A stretch of DNA of 64,000 bases from the NCBI RefSeq assembly GCF_032062105.1, contig NW_026936852.1, positions 372,001 to 436,000 of the forward strand, written 5' to 3'. How positions within the stretch are numbered: position 1 is the stretch's first letter; each line of letters begins with the position of its first letter. The DNA comes from Saccostrea cucullata (taxonomy: Eukaryota). The translations under genes and the position numbers were made by a program. Positions 40,201 to 51,595 of this stretch are shown here, piece after piece. The notes beneath the pieces were generated by a model. It saw only the letters and a list, made by a program, of their open reading frames with translations. It was not told the DNA's origin and searched no databases.

Positions 40201-43200
40201 TGACTATAAAAGAACCCCACTTCCTGGCCTAGTTTCTCCATTGCTTCCTCTCTGGGCAATTTTCTGGTACTCTGCAATATAACCTTAGCTACCTTAAGCA
40301 GTTATGGAAAAAATAAAAAAAACTCAATTGCAGTGTGTTGTCGGTTTCACGAGAAACCACTGTGGCTAACTCAAAATTGATTAAGCAAACAAAATCTAGG
40401 AATCATTTTCAGGGTAATTGATAAATTTTTTACATGGTTTAGAAATGGGAGCTTCAGTTTAAAGATTTATTATTGACTAAAAATGAATATAAAGCATCTG
40501 TGGCCAGCCCCAATAAATGGCCATTAATTCAGCTGTAATTTCACCTGTGTTATTGATACCTCAGTATTGGCAGGTAATTTTCAGGTCATAACATTAGCTA
40601 GCTCCACCTCTGTATTTCATGGGCCATACTTGTGACACGCCCCCTAATTGTGGCTGGTAAATAATAAAACACCTAAATTTTTCTATGGCTCTGCTGGGAA
40701 AGACATGCTGAAGTTAATGACACAATAAAACACAATATGTGTAGGTACGCATACTAACTGTCAAAGTGCCCAAGAGAGACATCATAAAAAAGTCAACAAG
40801 CAAAAAGAAGCATTCAATAAAATTGTCCCAAGATTAAACCCCTGGACTGGCAGATACAGGAACATCATAGGTGGATCCAACAAATTGTCCATAATCCTCC
40901 CCCCTCTCTTTTTAAAATGTTTTTAAGGACATATGCAAGGTACCTTACCTACTGATAATTTTTCACAATATTCCTAATTTAAGATTATAGTGCCATCAGA
41001 TGTTCATAGACAAAAAATCAGCATGCATTACCAGGGGTTTTTGGAAGATATCAAATTATGAAAAATTTAGCATTATTCAATGAAAAAAATACAAAAATTA
41101 CGAAACATAAATTCCAGATTTTTTTCCCATCAAAATTTGTACAAGTCAATATATAGACACTAAAAGTATTGCACACAGGTCCTTCATTTAGTGGAACTCT
41201 TCAACTCCAGGGAAGAGCTCAGTCAAGTTCAAACTACATTGCATATGACCTTATGACATTAAGGTACATTATCCCTCCTGGATACTCTCATTTTTTTTCG
41301 TTTGAACCTTTTTGATTTTCCATAGGATACATCTAATTTATCATTTAAAAAATCCATATGATTTCAGCGTACTTAGTGAGACAAAATTTGATAGTCTAAA
41401 TGACATTTTAACTTGGTGATTTCATAAAGGGATGATAGATATTTTTCCTTGTTAGAGTTATCTTTCTTATCAGAGTATTGATCAACCTTAAATCTACCTT
41501 TTTTTTTACCACTTCAAAGCATAGTATAAGCACTTTTGTGATAAAGTATGCACTAAGAATTCTGAATAAAAAGTGAGGCTAATTTGACTTTTACTGAAAG
41601 AATAAAGATCACAAGAGAAGTTCATTGATTCAGTACAAATATTGCTAAGAAAATATAAGAATGATGACAAACCTTTGCCAAAAAAAAAAATTCCCAAACG
41701 TAAAGTGACCACAATCCAGTGGAATATATGTACTTAAAAAGTTGAGCAGCATGTGTCTTCTTAGACACTGACCACCTCTAGGTATGTAGATAACAAGTCA
41801 TACATTCTCAATGATGACCACAAAAAATGCCTCGGGGCCAAACCAATCAATATAAAACAAATACAGTAGTATGACCCACTGCTGTCATGCTACCAATACA
41901 CAACTGACTCTGATGCACTGACGGGGGCCCAAAGAAATACAGGATAGGCAACTTGTGGACACACATGATTTTCTATTTACAAGTTCTGACATCATAGTCA
42001 GTGCTGTTGGTAACCTTCATCTACATGTAAAAGATATGGAGAATGAAGAAACTATGACATTCCACTACCAAAAAAAACAGAAACTTTCCTCCCCAAATGG
42101 CTCATGAGTGTCAAGTCGTTTTGATGATTAACCACATTTTATATGAAATGGGGCCATTGGTACCTTCAAGAGACTGAATAACATTAGCAAATACAATATA
42201 TACAAAAATATGTAATTTAGTTTAACTTAGTGTAAAAAAGGTAAAAATAATAATACTGATAGATCTCAACATAGCATAGTATTCTGATAGGTCTCAACAC
42301 AGCATAGTATTCTGATAGATCTCAACAAAGCATAGTATACTGATAGATCTCAACACAGCATAGAGTATACTGATAGATCTCAACACAGCATAGCATTCTG
42401 ATAGATCTTAACACAGCATAGTATTCTGATAGACCTTAACACAGCATAGAATTCTGATAGATCTCAGCACAGCATAGCATTCTGATAGATCTCAACACAG
42501 CATAGCATTCTGATAGATCTTAACACAGCATAGTATTCTGATAGACCTTAACACAGCATAGAATTCTGATAGATCTCAACACAGCATAGAATTCTGATAG
42601 ATCTCAACACAGCATAGCATTCTGATAGATCTAAACACAGCATAGCATTCTGATATAGATCTCAGAACAGCATAGTAATCTGAATCAGATACATTTTTCA
42701 ACACATAATAGTACAGACTTAAAAACAAGAGGCAAAAAGATTCCTTACTTCAATGTTATCAGGAAACATTACTTAAGCAAATATCAATGAAACCAGGAAT
42801 TAATTTTAAGAGTTTAGCAAGTGATGAAAAATTTACACACACAACTTGATTAGGTATTTTACCCCTATATGGTGTTCTTGTACATGAAGGGTGCTGTATA
42901 CAAAATTTTACAAACAAACCTACAGGACAGTATTTTCTATAGACTAATGTTACTAAAAAGTCATTTTTTTCTAAGTCCAAGGGGCATTACTCTGTCAAAA
43001 ATTGCTTGATTGTACCCAAAACAGAATTTAAATATTTTAATGAAAATCTGTATACCAAATTTCATTTTAGTATGTGTAACCTCTGCAAAGAAAATGGAAA
43101 ACAGAAACTGTTTGTGGACCAACAGGTAGACAGACCAACTCACCGACCAACAGACAGCAACAAAGCATTATGCCCTCCCTTCCTCAAATGGAGGAGGGGG

Positions 43201-46200
43201 GGGGAGATCAAAAGATTTTTGTTTATGTTTCAGTCCATTATGGGCTTTACTAATAACTATATACTCTGCATATTTTTGAGCTATAAGTGATCAGAAAATA
43301 TTATATATAAGACGTCCTTCTACATTCTTCCTTTGATAAATGAAAACAATTGCATCTTAATGAAATTATATTCAATAAAGAATTTGCTGCCCTTAATTTT
43401 CATTGAAATCACACATTCAGATCTGGTAATTTCTTTCCTGCAAAAAACATTCAAATCGATGTCCCCATTTTTCAAGGAAATACCCTTCAACAAGTATTGA
43501 GCCAGAAAGTTACTGACCGAGAGAACACCGCTAGCTAATTATAAATTCTAGACACTAGAAATAATAATGAGCTAAAACAGCGACTTACCCCGCAGTGTGA
43601 CCAGGCGTTTGTGACGGGTGATTTGTTACGAACTCGTGGCACAACCAGCCCTGCCTATTACCCCTTCATTTAAACAGCTCTACTCCTTACTACCTCTTCA
43701 ATGTAGCCATTGTAGCGCAACGGCAAAACATATCTGAAAGTCGATGAGGCATGACCCATTTCAAAATTCCCTGCAATCCACCCACATTTCAAAAAGACAC
43801 ACACACACACCTCATCATATTATTATATAAAGACATCACTATTCTGGTCTAAATACATCTGTCAATTCTGAGAAAATAAAAAAAGTTTGAAAAACAAAAT
43901 TTCCCATAATGGCAATATATAATAACCAATATTATTGACCAGCAAAGGGCCTCTTTGCACAACTGTATTCTGTCTACACGCATAACCCACATATACCCTA
44001 CAGCTGTTGGACTTCCCATCAGAAACAATAGACGTACACTTTATAGGGCCCCGTGCTCTGGGAGCTCCTATAGGGACCTAGATCTATCAATGTTTCAATA
44101 GCCTCCGAGATCACAGGGACTGCAGGGACCACTAATTATCAATGTTTCATAGCGGCGTTCTGACGAGATCAGGGGGCAGCTTTACTAACATCAAAGTGGA
44201 CCGCCATGTAAAAAACATAACCAATGTGATATACTGATACATTTACAGAGCAGACCTCAGCTGAAATGTTTCTGTAACATGAAATGGTCCTTTTTCTCCT
44301 CTGGAAGCTATATACTGCAATCTCTGTACTGACTTCAATTGTTTGTTTGAAATAGATCAGAAATATTTTTCCTTAAATGGAATCAGTCAATGGTCAATGT
44401 TATTGTTAACTTGATTTATATAACAGACATATCCATTGTGTATTTTGTTCATTTGTGTCATCTCTGGCAATAATGAGGTAATAAGGTAAATAATATATTT
44501 GAAAACATCAGTACAATTTGTGCAATAAAAACCAAGCTATTAAGGCAAAGACAATTGTCAATGATAATTAAGAAAAAAAAAACAAACAAACACACAAAAA
44601 ACCCTATTTAAATCATAGATCAACTAAATCACCATATGTCTGGATAAATATCAGAATTGAAAATTGAAGTGCAAATTGATAAATCTCTATATTGTACAAC
44701 ATAATACCTTAGAATTTGATATGTATAGACAATTTATATGCTAATAATTTCTTTAATAACTTCACTGATATTTTCCAATTCCCTTTGAAGGGCCCCATTT
44801 GGTAGCTTTTGTAAAGCTCTGACAATTCTTACCAATCGTTTAAACCTTTAAACCATTACACAAACATTGAAAATTCAGTCATAATTGTAACTCACTCAAA
44901 AGAAAAGAAAAAAATCTATTATCTAAACATAGAGAAAAACTTGTACAAGCTTGATTGGGCTCAATTATTGATGAAAAGGGTTACCGGGGGAACAAGGTAA
45001 CTTGTTTGAAGCAAACACAATTCTATCCGTCCTGCTTCAATGATTTATTGACCCGATTCTGTTACATGATTACCTAAACAAACTTTTAAACAGGGCTGCA
45101 CTGGATATCAATACAGCATCCTAATAATATTCATACATGCTCTGGGTTTGATAACAAACTCGCTGTTTTTCAGATGGAGCGAGCAGGGCTATATTGACAA
45201 GCCCGTTTAGAAGAATATACGGTATTCTCACGTTTCAACGCACAATCAATTTTTTGACAACTGTTTAGACTTGCTCAAAAATGTTTTTTTTTCTTCTTTT
45301 TGTCAATGCAATATCAAAGGCTTTGTATACTGAGTATTACTTCAAACCTCAATGAACATTTACAATACTAACTATGAAAAATTCATATTTTCTCCTGTAG
45401 AAATATAAGCATTCTTCATCCCCCCTCCCCCCTCCCTAATCTTATCTTTTTGGCATGATAAAAATCAAGTTCAACTTAATAACAAATTGTTTTATCTGGT
45501 TTTGATTCACTTCTCATTTTGACAGGATAAAAAGGGAACTAATCCTTGCAATAACTCTAGAGTCTAGAGCAGAATAATATTCCATACATGTATACAAATA
45601 CGACGCTACCAAAGGGAGATAAATTAAATTTATCATGCTGACAATATTAGGATTCAGCAAAAATAGTAAACACACTTACAAAATAATGCTTCTCATTTCA
45701 TGTATGTGTACAATATCAAGTGCTAGCTCATAAATGGTTAGAACTGAGATGCAATAATGATGAGGCTCATGGGAAAAAAGGTGGAAAACCTGCCTTTTTT
45801 TGAGGGGAAAAAGTAGTAAAAGGCAAATTTCATTGAAGTTATATTGCCTGACAATGATATGATTATTGAAAGTGACAATTTTTACTTTAAAAGTATGAGC
45901 ATTCAGATTTTCATTTATTAGAGATGCAGAAAACGACCGCAGCAGACAAAAGAATGGCAACTTAACATAATTCACAATTGCTGCCGAATTGTGATGATCT
46001 ATAAACTTGTTTTGATGATCAAGTAAGCCCTTTGAGCTAAAGGCCAATGAAATAAGCCAACAGAATGACCCTTAATTCAATTACCCTCCTCCTCGACAAC
46101 ACCAGATCACCCAAGCATTTGGAAATTCCCTGAACAAATAGTTAATTCATTATCCAGCCTAGAATCAATTTCCACCATTCGCTTCTCTGTATAACAAATG

Positions 46201-46874
46201 TATAAATCTACTGAATCAATACAAACACTCTAATGGGAAGAAAAAAGTGAAAGCTCAACAGCAATAGACTATATATCTTAGCATTGCCACTATCCCAGCA
46301 CTGAAATCCAGGAACACTATCATCATATCTGTTATACGGCCTCCTCCTGCCTCAATTTATTGCATTCTGTACTTTTGGTGAAATTACCATGTTTAGGCCT
46401 GTGTTCTGTAATTTTTCTCCTTCATAAACAAAAATGATTATGAATTTTTCTTCCCAACAACATGCAGGGTCAAATGCTGTTGCAAGTTATGAAACCAAAT
46501 ATTCTTTCCAGTTTCAGGTACTGAAGAGATTACAACCTTTTCTTCCAGTTAAATCAAATATTACAGTCAACTGAAAGAGACTTTGATCACAGTTTCTTTA
46601 GAATATTATTACTTTATACAGGGTGATAAAAATAAATATTTGAACAATTATTTGAGATTCAAATTAGTAAATGGACATAACCCACATCCCTCCTACCTCA
46701 GCTTCACTGGATTGTCTCCTCTTGTTCTGTCCATTTCCTGGTGAGGATGACCTTTGGTGGAAACCCTCATCTTTGTTGCTATTTTTGGACGAGGACCTCT
46801 TCCCTGGAGATCTGCTTCTGTCGGAGAGTTTTTCTGGGGACCTGTTCCTGGGGGTTATTGGTTCTTGAGGTTTT
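13082..46874 (-). CDS. TSGA13-like: TSGA13-domain-like protein with long N-terminal coiled-coil/Ser-rich extension (spliced; 5' end uncertain)
   Basis: Exons 46697-46874, 28594-28758, 20859-20931, 19154-19243, 18028-18369, 16607-16654, 15562-15656, 14885-14965, 14368-14577, 13639-13996, 13082-13272; all GT-AG and phase-compatible; 1831 nt with no internal stop. Motifs TDLMFRASKNNEDRTNILIHNNPPP and WEPLSMNALIEYTKKKEAEGAGEFNQGRPKMW resemble recalled human TSGA13 ([33 protein letters not shown]...GESAFRNGRAPQW). Confidence 0.8.
13639..13996 (-). CDS. TSGA13-like exon (AESEPDYMKW...KYIFIKDEDTNFKGTF...TEDMAE)
   Basis: ttacAG acceptor and G|GTAGG donor; overlaps ORF 13586..13975. Confidence 0.85.
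14368..14577 (-). CDS. TSGA13-like exon (VPELARL...NNPPP...GRYLPSWIDDL)
   Basis: acacAG acceptor and GTAAGT donor; 210 nt, phase 0-0. Confidence 0.85.
14885..14965 (-). CDS. TSGA13-like exon (DTFGAFVRESVGKDRPPVQRFFCAEED)
   Basis: ggcAG acceptor and GTAAGC donor; 81 nt, phase 0-0. Confidence 0.8.
15291..15502. mobile_element. Small TA-flanked MITE (Tc1/mariner-pogo-like)
   Basis: TA|CTGTAAAATCACA ... TGTGATTTCCCAG|TA. Confidence 0.55.
15562..15656 (-). CDS. TSGA13-like exon (RAGVERLLKTLRDESQIRLLKADAHIPQELK)
   Basis: tttacAG acceptor and AG|GTAGA donor; phase 1-0. Confidence 0.8.
16607..16654 (-). CDS. TSGA13-like 48-nt symmetric exon (KRRRQETSDSTFDPL)
   Basis: ccttctcacAG acceptor and AG|GTAAAG donor; phase 1-1. 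Confidence 0.65.
   Translation of the reverse strand, partial: GNAGDRKLLIQHLIP
18028..18369 (-). CDS. TSGA13-like exon, Pro/Ser-rich (EDRKSASKERK...PLPWHQKQLYQVLGKGADYFLHPK...)
   Basis: gtttttcAG acceptor and AG|GTGGG donor; 342 nt, phase 1-1; overlaps ORF 18011..18268. Confidence 0.8.
19154..19243 (-). CDS. TSGA13-like 90-nt exon (ALSLFTMFTPKTRLSGSVSSSLGSLEAIT)
   Basis: tgtAG acceptor and CAG|GTAAAC donor; phase 1-1; GC-richer than the intron. Confidence 0.65.
20022..20045 (-). CDS. Candidate 24-nt microexon (LATKIIT)
   Basis: tttatacAG acceptor and CAG|GTGAAT donor; phase 1-1 compatible. Confidence 0.35.
20859..20931 (-). CDS. TSGA13-like exon (QRELEKAKKQAKESALLQQCKNSI)
   Basis: ctttttcAG acceptor and AG|GTGAGT donor; phase 0-1. 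Confidence 0.8.
22741..22820 (-). ncRNA. mir-29: miR-29 family precursor hairpin, downstream copy; mature 3p UAGCACCAUUUGAAAUCAGUUU at 22772-22751
   Basis: miR-29 mature sequence (seed AGCACCA); 5p arm CUGGUCUCAUCUGGUGAAUAGA pairs with it; lower stem CCACUUAG..GACAGC / GUUUGUC.UGAGUGG; CAUC (CNNC) at +16 to +19 after the 3p end. Confidence 0.95.
25827..27579 (-). mobile_element. HINE element with 146-bp tandem repeats (~8 units)
   Basis: GTAATC-AGA-GATTAC stem plus AGCTCACCTCAACGAA at the left; (GACGCC)n and TTCGTTGAGGTGAGCTAAAAA at the right; TGGAAATGAAACCT recurs every 146 bp. Confidence 0.85.
28414..28503 (-). ncRNA. mir-29: miR-29 family precursor hairpin, upstream miR-29b-like copy; mature 3p UAGCACCAUUUGAAAUCAGUGC at 28447-28426
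   Basis: Mature matches recalled miR-29b-3p over the first 21 nt; 5p CUGGUUUCAAGUGGUG forms a 16-bp stem (2 G-U) with CACCAUUUGAAAUCAG; extended lower stem present. Confidence 0.95.
28594..28758 (-). CDS. TSGA13-like coiled-coil exon (RLEKLSLKWDIAKNDVRQDQ...EELEKEAQK)
   Basis: ctctttacAG acceptor and AAG|GTACAA donor; 165 nt, phase 0-0; overlaps ORF 28495..28782. Confidence 0.8.
34685..34863. mobile_element. 179-bp MITE, Tc1/mariner-pogo-like
   Basis: TA TSD; perfect TIR CCGTATATACTCGCCTATAAGTCGG. Confidence 0.85.
42255..42680. repeat. 28-bp minisatellite (~15 copies)
   Basis: Unit TCTGATAGATCTCAACACAGCATAG(C/T/A)AT. Confidence 0.9.
42722..43215 (-). mobile_element. Degenerate short HINE-like element
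   Basis: AAACAAGAGGC start; GACC/GACA microsatellite and CCTCC...GGAGG stem at the end. Confidence 0.45.
43589..43830 (-). promoter_or_regulatory. Candidate internal promoter and non-coding first exon
   Basis: TATATAA on minus at 43829-43823; locally CpG-containing segment without an ATG-initiated ORF; consensus GG|GTAAGT donor at 43588. Confidence 0.35.
46697..46874 (-). CDS. Ser/Arg-rich exon (KPQEPITPRNRSPEKLSDRSRSPGKR...SSEAE), probably of the TSGA13-like gene
   Basis: tactttctAG acceptor and GAG|GTAGGA donor; phase 2-0 joins 28758 in frame. Confidence 0.7.
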
Positions 46875-48789
46875 CTAGAAAGTATTACATATTATTTCCT
46901 TTAGAACATGAGAAGAGCCTCTACAAGAACTTAAATTAATGTAATAACAATGCAATACATGTACAGCAAATAAATACTTGAACATAGTAAACTTGATTTA
47001 GGGTTTTGTTTTTAAAATAAAAATCCTTGAAATAGCCAAAAAGTAAACCTTATCTGTTAAAAAAAAAGTGCTTTGCGTCATATTTATTGCCTCTCCCACC
47101 CACCTCTCGTCCACAGCTGAAAGAACATTGGCCCAAGAACCATAGTATCAATTTTACTTGGCGATATTCAGTATATTTTAACAAATGCCATCAAGTAAAA
47201 TTTGTTAATTATAATAACTAATAAGTCAAATAAAACCATGCATCATTCATTGGTTAATAAGTCAGAAGTTAAATAGATTATCATTAATGGAGAGCAGGCA
47301 ACTTGGACAGGTGATAACACATACATTTTTCATCCAACTTAATTTTACAACATTACACCCTGGTCTGATGAGTGACTGACTTAATTAATTCTTCTCTTTT
47401 TCAGCAGTGCCACAATAAGTCACTGTGACCTAACAAAGTAAAACATTTTTCTAATGTGTGGGGAATGATGCTCAAAAAAATATGCATCATTTGAAGCCCT
47501 ACTATAGCATTTAGAAACTTTATAAAGTGGTTAGGTCTTTGAGGACAATATTTTAGAAACTTTAACATTAGCTAATCAATTAAAAACAAATGGCAATGAT
47601 TGCCAAATTCACAAATTACCTGATTTGATTTACTGTATAAACCTTGTGTAATGAAGTTCAAAATGGGTGAATCAGGGGTAGAAATTCCCTAAAATTGTAT
47701 TTCTCTAGTAATTGTGAGTACCATAAAAATGAACTCTCAATTAAGACAACTTGCAATTTTAAGATGAAAGCTTTTCAAAAATAAACAGCCATCTATCCAT
47801 CTCTTAAAAGACTTTGTAATTTTCAACATGATCAAGGCAAATGCTCATTCATTTTAAAATGGCAGATGTAAACGGTAACTAACGAGAGAAAGACTAAAAC
47901 CGGGTTGAAACGGATGTTTCTTTCCTGGGTAAAAATTACAATGAAAAAATCAACTCGCAAATTTTTGCGGGTTACAAATATTTCAATTTAATTAACTCCC
48001 AATTTGGATATTCTAAACTCTGTTAATTTAATGTAACTTGAATTTTGCATTTCGAACCCTGTGAATACAATTTGATTAATAAATCTAACTTTAAAATTCA
48101 AAGTCACTGAACTTTTTAAAAAGACTTTCTTATTAAAATGTATCATTCTATACATGTATAACAATCTACATGTACACCATGTGTACACACTGCAATAAAA
48201 AATATTCAAATCCTGGCTTGTGATTACTTGAAAATCAAAAAATGTTTATTAATTACTCCATTTCCAACTAAACCAATAAAATGTGTATATGTGGTTCATT
48301 TACTGTATAATCAGGATCACAGGATAAGAACTTATTAAACAAGAAATATACAGAATTGTTGTAATGTCACGTATCATGTTAATTAGTATATTGAACAAAT
48401 TACTGTAGCTCAACTTACAATTTTCATGCTTACATGTACAAACTTTACCATAAATTAAAATATCAAACCAATTATTTATAACAGTTGTTAAGAACAAAGT
48501 TAGTAATTAAATTTCAATAACTTGTTATACATCATTCAACATTCAGCAAACTGAACTGTTAATTTCATCAAACCACTTTCACCTGAATCCACTTCTCTAA
48601 GTCAATAAGCCTGTAAAGTTCAAAGTGTATTAGTTTCTAAATCTATATCTATAATTAAAACTTACACCAAACTTTATTGTAATGAAAGAAATGTCAATTA
48701 AAGATATATTCAGAGTTTCTAGAAAATTCTGGAAGAACATATTTGGTAGAATGGGGTGTGTTGGTTTATTTAATTTTAAAAAGTTTGTA

Positions 48790-51330
48790 ATCCTTTACAT
48801 CAAAATTAAAAATGAACAATTCACAAGGTTAAGGTGGACCACTGAATGCAAAGCTAAGTCATACTATGTTCTTAAACCATGAAGATGACGTATTATACAA
48901 GCAATTATATTGTAACAGGTATGGAAAAATGTCCGCTACTGGTATATTGAACCCGGGAAATCCGCCTAACCCTGCAATGCTTGTTTTTATTGTTTGTTAA
49001 TACATATTAAAGAATATTTATATGATACATTGTAAATACTTTTTAAAAGATTTATGATATTGGTAGTAGTATTTATATATAAAAAAAGAAAACCTATAAA
49101 AAAGTGTACTGAATTTAATCTCCACAAAAACCAAAGTCTTACCTACTGACCCTAAAACAGTTAGCTCAGTGAAATGAGCATTTTTTAAGGATGGTGAAGG
49201 GACAAGGTGACACAACTCTCTCATGCCTTAACCAATTTTCATAATGTGAAACTAACTTTTAAAATTAACTCCAAAACTCTTCTCTAAAATTTTCTAAGTT
49301 CTTTCCTTGGTAGATGGCACGGAAAGGAGAATAAGACCATAACAAATTTCGTTGGAAATGTAAACAATATCCTTAAGAAGTAATGTACTGTTTATTAAAA
49401 AAACAAAAGAATGAAAACACAGTGGATTTTACATCAAAATTAAAAATGACCAATTCACAAGGTTAAGGTGGACCACTAATATATGCAAAGTTTTATTAAA
49501 AATACTCAAATACACTTAAACCATGAAGATGACATTGTGCAATATGCATTACTTGAATTTTAAATTGCAAAAACACTGGTATTAAAAAATGTCCACCAGA
49601 AAATATTGAAAATATAATTCCAATATTGATCTCTAATGTAAACACGACGGACGACATAACTTACACGGGTAATGTTGGTTCATAATCCGGAAGATACTGC
49701 TTTAAAACCGCTGGTAAACTGCTGCTTAAATGGTCGGCTGTTTTCATTTTTAATTCATTCATATAGTTTATACATTATTTAATATAATTATTCACATTCC
49801 CCCCCCAAAAAAAAACCCCACCAACCTACCTAGTACCTACTGACCTCTAAAATAGTGAGTAGCGTTACCAAATATAAAACATTTTTTTAAGGATGGCCTA
49901 GAGGTACAAGGTGACACAATTCTCTCCCTGCCTTAACCAATCTCATCATAGAAATAAATCCTCAAATAAATTAAACTTTTGAACCCCAATATCTATTCAA
50001 TTTGTTATATTTTCTGAAAAAAGACAAAATTATGGGGGGGGGGGGGGGGGGAAATTTTTGTATCAGTATAATCACCAATGTGCAATGAAATATGAACTAG
50101 ACTTTAAACAAAAGAAATTATTATAATTGTGCATATTCACTGAAATAAAAACAATAAAAAGAATGTATACTGTTAATTAAAAAAAATAAGCTCTTAAATT
50201 GAAAACACAGTGAGTATAAGATATACAAAACAAAAACTTCAGAGTCAAAACTTTGTGTATATCAAATGTATTTGGAAGATCAACATCGAACTGAGGAAAT
50301 TCGAGCTAATATATAGCACAGTTTTATTAAAAATACTTCAAATACACCATTAATTTTCAATGAACAAGACATTGTGCAACTGAAGCATTACTTGAATTTT
50401 ACTTTAAATGGCAAAAATTGCAAGCATGTAAGAAAATAAAAAATTTCTATGGAAAATATTGAAAATATATTTCCAATATTGATCTCTAATGTAAACAGAG
50501 TTGTTGCATAACTTAGCAAGGTAATGTTGGTCATAATCCGGAGAAGAGTATGTTTTGTGATAAATAATTTTTGTGATATAATGCTTATAATTGATTTTGT
50601 TCTTTCTCAGCTTGATGTTTAATTTCATTCATAATTTATACATATATAATTTATATTATTATTTGATAAAATTGATCAATCTTAAGTGAGCAGTGAAGGG
50701 TATAACAAAACAGTGCTCAACTATGGTAACTTCCTCTCACGTGACACCTATGAAATTAACATTCCCGCCAAATTTTAGAGCAACGTTGTTGATTACTCAT
50801 TACCCAGTCAATAACTGTATATTGTTAAGTGATAAAACCATCTATATACTTACTAATAAAAAGTCCAACAAAAGAAATGTTTATTACGTCGGTCTAACAA
50901 TTTCACTATTGACCGGTCTTACATCAAGCACCAGTGATTTTTATTAGACTATAGTATAATCACAAGGAAATGATATCAACAGTCTTTAAACAAAAGAAAT
51001 TATTATAATTGTTGCATTTAACAGCAAGGTAAGGTAAAAAGAATATATATTTTGTGATAAATAATTTTATCATAAATAGACTTATAATTGATTTTGTTCT
51101 TTTAAAAGCTTGATGTTTATATTTACTGAAGAAGCCATAATTTTCCATATATAATAATTGATAGTATAGCGTGTATTGATAAAAGTGAGCAGTGAAGGGT
51201 ATAACAAAACAGTTATAGACTAGGATTCGGGCAACATATGATTTGTTGGACCTGAAGATGAAAATGTTGCCCTTGGCCTGCGGCCTCCAAATTTTACAGG
51301 TCCAACAAATCATATGTTTCATTTTCAATA
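48790..51330. repeat. Mosaic of degenerate direct duplications ending in a palindrome (possibly Crypton-like remnants)
   Basis: Shared blocks at 48795/49428, 49189/49891, 49600/50455, 50102/50984, 50686/51185; inverted AACATATGATTTGTTGGACCTG at 51232-51319. Confidence 0.55.
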
Positions 51331-51595
51331 ACTTTTTTGACCAAGGGGGCCCAGAGTTGTCGTTCGCTTCGCTACAACAAGTATAAGTGGAACGATAACT
51401 GTTGACTCAAGGCACGCGTGCAGTATAGGCGGATTTGGGGGACCTACTCTTCCAAAATAATATTTTACTGTTGATAATGTGCATTGAAAAGCTGGTCATT
51501 AATTAGCCATGCACCCACCTTTTTTGCAGTATAGTCAAATAATATGTGTGAAAGAAGTGAACATGGACAAAATAACACCCCCCCCCCCCCCAGCG

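Noticed and set aside
43661-43697. Partial similarity to miR-745/miR-22 and a let-7-like seed on the minus strand
   Set aside because: Mismatched seed or body and no complementary arm
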